Assembly (NCBI RefSeq): GCF_032062105.1
Contig: NW_026929843.1
Span: 1-38,439 of the forward strand
Source: Saccostrea cucullata
Lineage: Eukaryota
Length of the DNA: 38,439 bases
Reading direction: 5' to 3'
Each line of letters opens with the position of its first letter. Positions within the stretch are counted from its first letter, which is position 1. This document shows, in pieces, positions 12,900 through 23,151 of this stretch. The notes under the pieces are model-generated. The model saw only the letters and a program-made list of their open reading frames with translations. It was not told the DNA's origin and did no database searches. The position numbers were made by a program, and so were the translations under genes.

Positions 12900-13230
12900 T
12901 GAATACATCTTAAATATTAACGAGATCTTCTATGACTTCGAAATACACATTTATAATACCTGTCAACTTATCAACAATACATTAACAAATATACTTTTAT
13001 GACTTCGAACTTTGCAATAATAATAATGTCCAATAATAATAATGTCAACGTGTCGACCTGTCAGCCAGATATAAAACAAATATATTTATCAACAAATGCA
13101 CTTCAATGACTTCGAACTTCACAGTAATATTGATGTCAACAGTTCTACTTGTCAACCTGTCAACCAAACAGACATTGTAGCATGTTTTTGAACAAATGTT
13201 CTTCTATGACTTCAAAATACACATTCATAT
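12900..13230. repeat. Degenerate tandem repeat (about 80-100-bp units) with core cttctatgacttcgaa.t.cac
   Basis: The core recurs four times, at about 12928, 12995, 13098 and 13198, with diverged spacers. Confidence 0.4.
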
Positions 13231-13339
13231 AATAAGGTCAGATTTGTAGTATTCAAATACGATAATATAAAACAAGAACGTAGACAGTGCATGTATATAA
13301 TGCACAAATATTTAAAATTCCAAAGAATCTGGGGGATTA

Positions 13340-14354
13340 GGCGAGTCATATGCCCACAAGGATTTTCTCGCTTTGTAAGCATATCGAACATTTCATAGTC
13401 GTACGATTAACCTTAACATTTAAACTTTGTACAGCAATGTCCAAATGACAATATCTATATTTCTTTAAATCTTGAGGTTATCGTGACATTATTTTAACAT
13501 ATGTGATCTTTTCATACTGCGTGTTAATTGTTATATCAAATATGTTTTCAGGCGTTAGGAGATGATTATACATTTCTTGTTAACTGTTTTTGTATACAGT
13601 ACAGTCATATCGTTCCGGTATACCAATGGTTGTTTTCATTTCAATTGTGTAATACCGGTGTAGTCTTGAACTAAATGCATTCAAATTGTTATATACATGT
13701 ATCTCGAAAACTTGTTTATTATGGGAAATATATTAATGGACTATATATAAATTCATTATCTTATTTATTCATTTTGTTTTATTGAAAAAAATATATGTAT
13801 CTATAAATTTCAACCTAAACTTAAAAAAGCTGTGGTCCGAATACTCGCGACAAGTGATGCGTGCTTCAGCACCGCCGCTATGACCAGTGAGCTACGAAGT
13901 CTCAGATACGTTGCTCTTTAAATTACAAACAGTTCTATATGTATAGCAACCCCCTAATTATACTTGGAGTTTTTGAGAATATGTTCCGAAATTTAAATAG
14001 GTAAACTAACTTTTTCATATAGAGTGGGTCTTCTTACCTTTTTTTTTAAATGAAGAGAGATACATCCTCCCATACCCTTTCAATATTTGTATACAAAAAT
14101 TGGTACAAAGACCCACTCTATATGAAAATACAAATTTAACATTCAATTTCTAATATTTTTACGGTTACTAAAGCGTGTTACCATTTTGGTGGGTTAATTA
14201 AAATCAATTTCTAAGTCATTTGATTCAGGTTTTATCATAACTGTATATACAGTCGAATATGGTTATAAATAAATCCCAAATTTAACAAAAGCGAAATTTA
14301 TCAGAATTTCTAAATTAATATTTTTTCTGCCCTTGCCTAGGCATATGACTCGCC
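13340..14354. mobile_element. Non-autonomous PIF/Harbinger-type (Tourist-like) element with about 24-bp TIRs and a TTA target-site duplication
   Basis: Left end gggggaTTA|ggcgagtcatatgcccacaagg. Right end ccttgcctaggcatatgactcgcc|TTAaaccc. The TIR is GGCGAGTCATATGCC.A..AAGG with 2 mismatches, flanked by TTA at 13337-39 and 14355-57. No ORF lies inside. It contains a nested 21-bp perfect hairpin. It ends 145 bp upstream of the Roc exon. Confidence 0.5.
14014..14129. repeat. Perfect 21-bp inverted repeat (ttttcatatagagtgggtctt / aagacccactctatatgaaaa) with about 75-nt spacer
   Basis: An exact reverse-complement pair read directly from the sequence. It lies inside the Harbinger-type element. 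Confidence 0.6.
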
Positions 14355-14499
14355 TTAAACCCAAAATTCATTTGAAACGTTATAAATTAAAGTTGAATAT
14401 TTGAAGTTTTATTAAGATAGTACTTTATATTTCGTTAATAAGAGTTATTTTTCATCATTGATGAGTAAATTAATTGTGTTCATTATTTGCATCATTTAG

Positions 14500-14751
14500 T
14501 AAATATACCCAAAGAAGTATTAAGTTGGGATATCCATGCTAGAGAAAGGTTTGTGAAGAACTCCAAGCTAGGAAGCGTACAAATGTTTCGCGCCAGAGGC
14601 ATGATAGTTGGATGTGCAGGTGCCGGAAAAACAACTCTTTTACGAAAACTTCACGGAAGAGGTATAACAGATGAAGATGAACCAACTGAGACAACTATCG
14701 GCCTTGAGGTTCATGAAGATTTGTTTGCTATTAAGGAAAACAAGTTAACAG
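14500..14751 (+). CDS. ROCO-family Roc GTPase, coding exon with P-loop (G1) and G2 Thr
   Basis: The ORF-track frame translates to ...FRARGMIVGCAGAGKTTLLRKLHGRGITDEDEPTETTIGLEVHEDLFAIKENKLT. GxxxxGKTTLL followed by T-I/V-G is the Roc/Ras G1-G2 pattern, as in LRRK2 MIVGNTGSGKTTLL...TVGIDV. The acceptor is tttgcatcatttag|TA at 14498-99; an alternative AG lies at 14513-14. An in-frame ATG at 14583 (MFRARGMIVG...) is a plausible translation start. The donor is AACAG|GTGATA at 14752, leaving a 1-nt overhang. Confidence 0.6.
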
Positions 14752-15102
14752 GTGATATTTTCCTTTATCATATACTTAGTGATAAATACACCAATTCTGC
14801 ACGGTGTGATATGGGTGACGTCACAATACCCCATATCACGGACCGGTCCGAAAATCCATATCACGTATCAGACCGGCGGGCCGAAAATCATTATTAAACC
14901 GAAAGTCACGTTTGTATCAATTTTAAAAGTTAATTTACTTGATTTTATTTAAATATTCATATAAAATAATTCTTCAATGACTTTTGTAGTCTTAATTTTT
15001 TTGTCATTTACCTAAAATTGGTTCTATTACATTTTAAATAAAAATGCCATAAACAAGCATGAAACCTCGCATATTAAGTATTTTAAATGTATGATAAATA
15101 GA

Positions 15103-15246
15103 ATACTACATACTAAAATCCATATCATATGTCACATCAGCCCTCGGGCCCCTTATCAACCCTCTGGCCTTCGGCCCTCGGGCTGATATGGTGCCACTCG
15201 GGCTGATATGACATATGATATGGATTTAAGTATGTAATATTCTCTA
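15103..15246. repeat. Hairpin/MITE-like inverted repeat (about 36-bp arms, GC-rich loop) in ROCO intron 1
   Basis: The arms are tacatact.aaatccatatcatatgtca.atcagcc and its reverse complement. They flank ctcgggccccttatcaaccctctggccttcggccctcgggctgatatggtgccactcgggctgatatg. Confidence 0.5.
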
Positions 15247-16771
15247 TTTTTCAAACAGTGTATATGCTATGTTTTAGAGTATATACTTATTTAATCAAAC
15301 TGAAGTTCGAGTTTCTAATCCTTTTGATTAATTCCGCTTATGTTTCTCATTTGTTGAAAAGTTCCAATATCAGGATAGGTATGGTGAATTTCTTAGAAAA
15401 TTGTTCAGCATGTTTAAAACTAATGTATACACAGTAAAAAGATGACTACATTAAATATAGCAAAAGCATTGCATTTAAACACCATGAAGGTTATCAAGGT
15501 ATTGGATTGCTAATGTACATGTAATTATAATGTTAAAGATATATATGCCGTATTAGTGTTTTATTGCTAAAGAAATAAATATATGTGGTGTCTCATCAAG
15601 TTACATAAGTTATGTAATTTCTGCAATTAAGACAATTCCACTCCATCACTTTTAAAAGTTATGAAATATTATTTTGTAAAAATTATTTTCTCTCCGAATC
15701 GGATATTAAACCGCCTCTTATTGAAATATTCATGAACACGTGGTCTCGCATGCTCACAGCAAACAATGGTCCAATCTCGTGAATGAGCCGAAAAGCATGA
15801 TGGTCTACTACGTTTTTACTACAAACACGTGGGTTAGGGAATTGTACGATGCGATTTAAAATGACGGCTGGAAAGCCAATTTACATTTTTTTAAAAACCT
15901 GTTTTAGAAAAAAAGGAAGAATAGTTACTAATTGAGAATTCCCATGCTCACATTAACAAACAAATGCAGTTTTTCTTGTTAGCATACTGTATGTTTCGAG
16001 GTTGTACACATTGTAAACATTGTCAATACGTGAACACACCTCAGAGTTAGTAGCTTTTTGTACCGAGGAATATATAGTTACGTGCAATTGTCTTTTCATT
16101 GTCAGTAGAGCACGGGGAAATTGTAAACAAACGGACCTGTACAATAGAGTGGGGAAACTCTTATTTTTATCATTGTTCATTTGTATGCAAATGTTAGGAT
16201 GGGATTTGTAGATGATAATGTACATAATGCATTAAGCGTGTAAATACTTGGGAAATGCTCCACGTCTTTCTGAGAGCGATTTAAAAAACTAGCCTGTTCG
16301 AAAAACACATGTAGTATTTATGTACCGAGTAGTAACCCATAAATGCATTAAATACAACTCATTGAGCTGATTGGTCGATTTATCAGTCTTGTTGGTTCCT
16401 CGCTGAACAGACGTCACAAAAAATAGTCTCCTCGACCTGATGATTCTCGTGATACTTTTCCCGCGCACATGCGCAGATCCAACATAAACGTCAGGCCTTT
16501 ATAAATATGTATGAGAATATCGTGTTCTTTTCCCAACCAGTACTTTGTTAATAACGAATAATATTTCGTCGAATTTGCGAGAATGCTTCATTTTTGATAG
16601 CTTATCATACTTCAGAAATTTCTGTTTGGTTTCAGCTGTGCAAAAATACTGTTTAACACGGCATACATATCTTTAAGTTTTATGAAATATTTAGCAAAGA
16701 TTTTTGTCAGGAATTCTCTTTTAGTTTTATATTACCCGGTAATTAATAAGTTTATCTTCGTACTCGAACAG

Positions 16772-17005
16772 ATTTTGCGAATGCTGACAACAGTAGAAAT
16801 CCATACCTTGACAACAACGTAATAAGCATGACAGACTTTGCAGGACAAGTGGCGTACTACGCATGTCACCAGGTTTACCTGTCAAGAAGAGCATTTTATA
16901 TCGTAGTTATTGACATGTCCAAAAAGCTTGATGAAGAATGTCGATTGTATGACACAGATCGTCATGATCCAACAGGATCCTTATTTCATTCATGGACTTA
17001 CGGAG
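16772..17005 (+). CDS. ROCO Roc GTPase exon with switch II / G3 (DFAGQ)
   Basis: Translation ...MTDFAGQVAYYACHQVYLSRRAFYIVVIDMSKKLDEECRLYDTDRHDPTGSLFHSWTYG matches the Roc G3 region (LRRK2 [31 protein letters not shown]). The phase suits a 1-nt overhang from exon 1. The acceptor cgtactcgaacag|AT at 16770-71 has the better pyrimidine tract. The alternative in-frame acceptor catgacag|AC at 16833-34 (exon start 16835) removes 21 aa. The donor GGAG|GTGAAT is at 17006. Confidence 0.5.
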
Positions 17006-17427
17006 GTGAATAACATATTGATGCTAAAATTATCTGCCCCCAGTCTGAGTAAGATCAATTATGAATTTTATTAAATTTAATCAGATTTTCTAAGACAACT
17101 TTTCTTTAAATTTGTGAAATCATGAGTTTCTTCTCCTAAGTAATCTGTTTTATGTGTCTGTATTTTGTATTTATGATATATTAAGTATTTTGCAGAGGGA
17201 CTATGAAAAAGCTTTGCTAATGAGGTTTGTTTTAAATATTGAGAAAAAACAAACATCCACACACTCCCAAGCAATGCCAATGAATAATGGGGCATGAACC
17301 AATAACATTGTAAATGACATACAACATGTATATTTTACCTATACATGTATATACATAGCAGTAATTTAATGTAAAGGGTGATGAATTTACCAACCAAAGT
17401 TAAACACCGAAGTAAAAATATAAACAA

Positions 17428-20400
17428 TGTACACAGGAAAAATGTATACATGTGTTGAATATATGTTAAACATGTGTTTATCATATATTTTTTACACATG
17501 TAAAACACATAAAAGGAGCACATATGTATAGGGTGTTTATTTTTACACATGTTAAACATATGTTTCACATGTGTTTAACATGTGTAAAAATAAACAAATT
17601 ATATATTTATACATATGAATCATGTGTTAAACATGTGTTTTATATATGTTATACTTTATATGTGAATTATACGTGTATAATATTACTGTTGTACTTATTA
17701 TCATTTTTATACTTTTTTCATGTCTGTCCACATATGTGAATCACATGAAAAGGGCAGCATATGTAAATCATATGAAATAGTTACATGTGTTCTCTTTCAA
17801 TATTTATCAGAAGGAAAAACACATTCTTGTACACATTTAAAAATCAGATATTTCTGCTTTAGATGAAAATCCATTACATTCCAATGATCTATCTTCATGG
17901 GTTAAATATTTGAAAATTAATATCTTAAAATGCTTACACAACTTTTTTAACATAATTAGTCCATGTCCTTTTTTATAATTTATATGATTTGACATGAAAC
18001 TGTCCAAAGCAAAATTAAAATATCACATATAACATTTGTCATGTATTCTCTATTGTAAATTTATGAAAAATCAAGTTATTTGATATTACAGCATACAAAT
18101 AAGAATGGGAATTAAATCTTTACAGGTCAAATGCAGACAAGATTCTGTACATCCTCCCAATTTCATAATTATTTCATATATTTTCTTGTTCTTTTTCCTT
18201 CTGTATCTTTCAGTTTTCTTCAGTTGTCCTCCCTCTGATCTTCCATGAGCTTGACCATTTTGAACTCTCTTTGAACTGTACCCAAAATGCAAATCCACCA
18301 TTTCTCCCTTTCCTAAGCAATTTCTTTGTGGCACAGAATGGTCTCTACAAAAATTTCAAAAGTAAAAATAAAACAATTCTTAAATTACAAAATCAATTCT
18401 ACAAGTAATATTAAAGTTCAGCAAACAAATGTATGACCAGTTCACCAACAGAGATATGATAAGAGATAAAACTAATGTTATATATGCTATGCTAGGTGTT
18501 TTGTGGAATCCTATGATGTAATTAGCAAGACAATTACACTGTTGGAAGATATGCTTCATAATAAAGTCATAAAAAGCATTTTTTTTTATTTTTACAATTA
18601 AATTTGGAATGTACAAACAGTATTACTAATTCATATTGCAAAAAAGTAATAAGATTCTGACACAAATATTTTATTTTTGGACAAAAAATACTACAGAGAA
18701 GTAGACAGGCAGAAAAACAGACAGTATGATTCCAGGATATCCCAAATGTTGTTGGGAAGAATATAACAAAGTTTATCTAACAGTGTGTAGTTACCTTAAT
18801 TAAGCTTTTAAGCAAGTCTTGGATCTTGGGATTTATTCTTATGAGACGCTGACTGTATATTGAACCTGTAAAACAAATATTCACGCAGTAGATATCTTCT
18901 AAGCATAACTAAAACTTAATTAAACTACAACTACAAAAAAGAGAGAGTACTTGTTTGTAGGTTCTTAATAGTCTTAATTAATATCTTACATCTTACCAGA
19001 AACTATGTTCTCTAGTGTTGGAAAAAAATAATAAATGTCAGGTAATGAATACCGGTACATAATAGTTGTAAATATCCAATGGATTAGCTAGCTGATGTAC
19101 TTTCAACAATCAACACATATGCACATGTACTTGTACCTTGTACCTTGAAAGTTGGATGTCTTTCTTCTTTCTTTATTATCACTTTAAGCCTTACAGCTTA
19201 TCAGTATATTTACAAAATAATCAGTTTCATTACAGTACAGAAGCGGATATTTTACTGTTATTATTAATTTTTAACTGAAATTAAAAAATTCAATAACCCC
19301 CCCCCCCTGAAGTCATTTACAGTACATGTACCAATTTCATAGCTTTTAAAGCCAGCAAATTCTATTCATACTTTCCATATTTTAAAAGTGCACTGGATTA
19401 AAACTGTTTTATAATACAGAATAAAATTATTGTAGTATTGAGTTGAATTCATTCAGAAACAAATTTATCCAAAATTACTTACCTGTATACAAATTATAAA
19501 AAATAGTCATGCCTTTAGCATGTTTAGCCTAACATGTAACCGCTTACATTCACGGGCACTGGAAGTTAATATATCATGTATAGATCTATAGTTAGATAGA
19601 ATGTTCTATCGTTAAAATGATATTGTCCTACGGACCCGGTTTAACGTGAGGGCCTGTACCGAGACACAGTTAGATTATTCTAACTAATCTATAGTATGTG
19701 TATGTATAAAAAAGAAGGGTCTTTTTTAAACATACACATACTATATGTTTACATTAACTTCCAGTGCCCATGCTTACATTCAGTCAGAAACATTTTTCAC
19801 CAAAATTACTTACAGATCACTATCGTTAGGTTTACGAAATGCATGACAAGTCACAATGATAATTAAGAGTATTACAGAAAGTTCATACGCACCTGTAACT
19901 ATATGAAATGATATTTAAACAATATGAATTAAAAGTCTTTTAAAAATTGTTTGGAGATCACTTACCTTTCCAATACACCCAGCACGTCTGTTGCAGCAGT
20001 GACGTCAAAAATGACGTACATTTTCATCCGATAAAAGACAAAACCGGCCCTGAGACAAATACGGAATTAATAGAATTTTACTCAAGAAGTAAGCCAAGCC
20101 CAAAAGATTTAAAATGAAAAGAAAATGAATTCATTCCTTATCAATTTTGTCTGATAAATGCATTATTAGAGAAAAAAAATGTGAAAGTTTTTTTTAGAAG
20201 GGAAAGGGGGGGGGGGGTAAACAAAGTTAAACTTTACATGAGTAAAATTTTACTAACATTTACAAATTCTTTTGAATTAATGTACACACACATATGAGAT
20301 AAAGCTTATCATGTGTATAACATGTGTATATGAATACACATATATTTTATTTAAATTAAACATGTATAATTCATCTGTATTTTCGCACACATATATTACA

Positions 20401-20625
20401 TATATATAATACGTGTTTTACATGTGTGGTGAAAAACATATGTTTAACATATATATTATCTTACAGGTGTATAACATGTGTATATTATATGTGTTTTACA
20501 TATAAATGAAACACATATTTTACATGTGTTTATTTACACACATGTATTACATGTATAAAACATGTGTTGAACACATGTGAAACCAAACATATGTTTAACA
20601 CATGTGGACATTTTTCCTGTGTACA
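17428..20625. mobile_element. About 3.2-kb element bounded by long degenerate inverted repeats (ACATGTGT-rich arms), in ROCO intron 2
   Basis: The left arm opens tgtacacaggaaaaatgtatacatgtgttgaatatatgttaaacatgtgtttatc at 17428. The reverse complement of 20560-20625 is tgtacacaggaaaaatgtccacatgtgttaaacatatgtttggtttcacatgtgttcaacacatg. The arms extend about 330 bp, to about 17760 and from about 20280. The interior has no convincing ORF and contains a 35-bp-arm foldback at 19541-19790. Confidence 0.45.
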
Positions 20626-20806
20626 TAGTAATCTATAAAAAGAAACATCAAAATATCTTGATAAGTACAGAAAAGAAAATATTTAATATATTGCAAAATA
20701 TCTATACCTTTTTCCCAACTGACCACATTTTTGGATTGGGCATCAAGTCAAAAGGATAAAGAAGGATGATTATATTCAAACGAGAATTTTTTCAGTAATG
20801 TAGTAT

Positions 20807-20968
20807 AGGAATCACTGTCTAGTTAGTATAGTATGCCAGGGCATCAGCAATAGTGAGAAACATGGGATAATTTGCATAACCTGCGAAGCCCGTTTTACAT
20901 AAATTATCTAATGTTTCCCATTATCGTTGATGTCCCTGGCATACTTTACTAACTAGACAGTGATTCCT
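20807..20968. mobile_element. 162-bp MITE-like hairpin element with TA(T) flanks
   Basis: aggaatcactgtctagttagtatagtatgccagggcatcagcaatagtgagaaacatgggataa ... ttatctaatgtttcccattatcgttgatgtccctggcatactttactaactagacagtgattcct. These about 65-bp imperfect inverted arms are flanked by tat on both sides, at 20804-06 and 20969-71. Confidence 0.55.
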
Positions 20969-21570
20969 TATATTTCCATTTCATTGTAAAATAAAATTGT
21001 AGATTTAGATTTTAAAAATGTAGACATATATATTTAAATTACACAAGAACTCCCATGCCAATTTTAACAGTCCTCGACAACTGACGTCAAAAACAAAGGC
21101 AGCCGTACGAGATTCACATGCATATCAGGCCTCCTTAGCGTTGAACACAGATGCGCACAAAATTTGAATGCATATCAGGCCTCTTTAGCTCCTGACCTAT
21201 CGACCTGCCTAATTTACATCCCGGTAGAATTATCAAGATATCAACTCCGCTAACTTTCAAAGAGTTATCACAGAGAATAAAATTAAAATGGAAATATATT
21301 ATTATCACTGTATGATTTATTTCTAACATTAAATTTTATTCTTGTCCATTACAAAATAACATATTCTTGTGATTATGCTGTATTTGTGTTCAAGTAAATG
21401 GTAACAAGCAAATTATTATTATTATTATGATTAATCACAGTCCCTGGTGATTTTTTCATATCAACCTACTAAGGGAAAATAACTTTATAAATATTTTTTT
21501 AAAAAATAAAAATATTCATATTAAATTCATTTCGAGTTGATATAAATATTGCCATGTATATTATCTGTAG

Positions 21571-21722
21571 AATACTTCCATTTTTGGCTGCAAACTGTAA
21601 ATACATATTGCAATGATGGAACAACACAGGAGAATCCTAAAGACACAACAGCAATCAAAAACTCCACGACGAATTTCAATATTCCCCCGATAATTCTTAT
21701 TGCCTCCCATAAAGATCAGATG
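21571..21722 (+). CDS. ROCO Roc GTPase exon with G4 motif (HKDQ)
   Basis: The acceptor ttatctgtag|AA at 21569-70 completes the split codon as G+AA = E. Translation EYFHFWLQTVNTYCNDGTTQENPKDTTAIKNSTTNFNIPPIILIASHKDQM aligns with LRRK2 PWLFNIKARASSSPVILVGTHLD. The donor ATG|GTAAGA at 21723 is consensus and phase 0. Confidence 0.6.
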
Positions 21723-21883
21723 GTAAGAACAAATTCCACCCTGTGTTCGTTTTCAAACTGTTCAAGTATGCAGATTTATTTGCTTTGAACCAACTTGATG
21801 TTGGAAACCTCATTTGCAGCTGATAAATGTATATTACAACAAAAATAAGAAATTCAAACCTGATGATAGAAAGTTTGTTACCT

Positions 21884-21911
21884 TTTTTTAGGTCACCTGA
21901 GTAAACTCAGG
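21884..21911. repeat. Perfect palindrome aggtcacctgagtaaactcaggtgacct (11-bp arms, 6-nt spacer)
   Basis: Read directly from the sequence. The motif ctcaggtgacctat recurs at 26613-26626. Confidence 0.6.
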
Positions 21912-22012
21912 TGACCTATTGCTATCTGTTTTCGTCCGTCGTCGTGCATTGTCCGTCGTCCGTCGTGCGTTAACATTTGAACATTTTCAGCTTCTTCTCT
22001 GCAACCACTGAA

Positions 22013-22039
<27 letters not shown>

Positions 22040-22043
<4 letters not shown>

Positions 22044-22670
22044 TCTGGGTAAAGGGGAACAAAAAATTGTGAATTTCTTGGTCCCTGTTGCCCTGGGGCC
22101 TGAGGGATGGGGCCAAAACTACTAAAATTAATGCAATCTTTAAAAATCTTCTTCTTTACTCCTGTACATCAAGCAGTCAAACTGTTTGCATGATTGTAAT
22201 CAGCAATGAGTTCTCTACCAAAATTGTGAAATTCATGGCCCCAGGGTCATGGGTTCTAGTGCTAGGGCTTGGCTAAATAAGTAGGTAGTAAAAATGCAAT
22301 ATTTCTTTGAAAATCTTCTTCTCTGTTGCTAGGTATTAAATAAACCAACTAAATACATAGTTATGATGAGCAAGAGTGCCTCTACCAAAATTGTGAAATT
22401 CATGGCCCTAGGGTCAGGGGTTCTGATGTTAGGGCGGGGCTCTATTGATTATATAGTGAAAATACATGACTTCTTTGAAAATCTTCTCTGCTCCTGGGTC
22501 ATAAATAAACTAACTAAGTACATAGTTATGATGGGCAAGAGTGCCTCTACCAAAATTGTGAATTTTATGGCCCCAGGGTCAGGGGTTCTTGTTTTAGGGT
22601 GGGGCTCTAATATATAATGAAATGCATGTATTCTTTGAACATCTTATCCTTTGCTCCTGGTTAATAAACT
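22040..22670. repeat. Tandem satellite, about 166-bp unit x about 3.7
   Basis: Full units lie at about 22205-22370 and 22371-22536. A truncated unit follows at 22537-22670 and a diverged copy precedes at 22040-22204. The core is gagtgcctctaccaaaattgtgaaattcatggccc.agggtcaggggttct...cttctttgaaaatcttct.tgctcctgg...aaataaac.aactaa.tacatagttatgatg.gcaa. The ORF-track ORFs at 22088-22617 are artefacts of this repeat. Confidence 0.8.
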
Positions 22671-23151
22671 AATGATCTAATTACATATTTAAGGGCAGGA
22701 TTTATTTTATTTTCAGTTTTACAAATCCTCCGCTCAAGGTTTTGAATTTTCAGAATAAAAAAAATTAAAAAAATTTCTCTCCGATGTCAAATTTGAGTCG
22801 GGATCTAGATTTAAAATTTACGAACTCGCACTTCCGGTTTTAAGATAAAACGGCGGGTAAATAAAGCTAGATCTAAGAAGATAGTTTGGGTTAGTGTAAA
22901 AATCATCTATATGAGTGCCATTCAAAACGTTTCACCCGTTCAAAGGACAAATAAAATGCTGATGACTTTGTTGCACAATGACATGCTGGTGAGATAATTA
23001 TAGATTCGTTTCAAAAGTATCTGTCTGTTAATTATTTTCGTCCCCCAGGTTTTCAACTGCCTGTGGTAGCTATTGCATATTGCCAGCGACATTGTTTAGG
23101 TCTCTGTTATAGCTCACAGTCTAAGCATCATTCTTCAGAAAAGGGTTGCTT

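Noticed and set aside
18086-18616. Minus-strand ORFs of 82 and 78 aa inside the 17428-20625 element
   Set aside because: I see no recognisable domain. The sequence is AT-rich and low-complexity, with no splice signals pairing them. It is most likely non-coding interior of a non-autonomous element.
22088-22617. Three plus-strand ORFs (62-84 aa) with recurring peptide STKIVKFMAPGSGVLVLG
   Set aside because: They lie entirely within the 166-bp tandem satellite. The recurring peptide is an artefact of translating a repeat, and there is no splice or start context.
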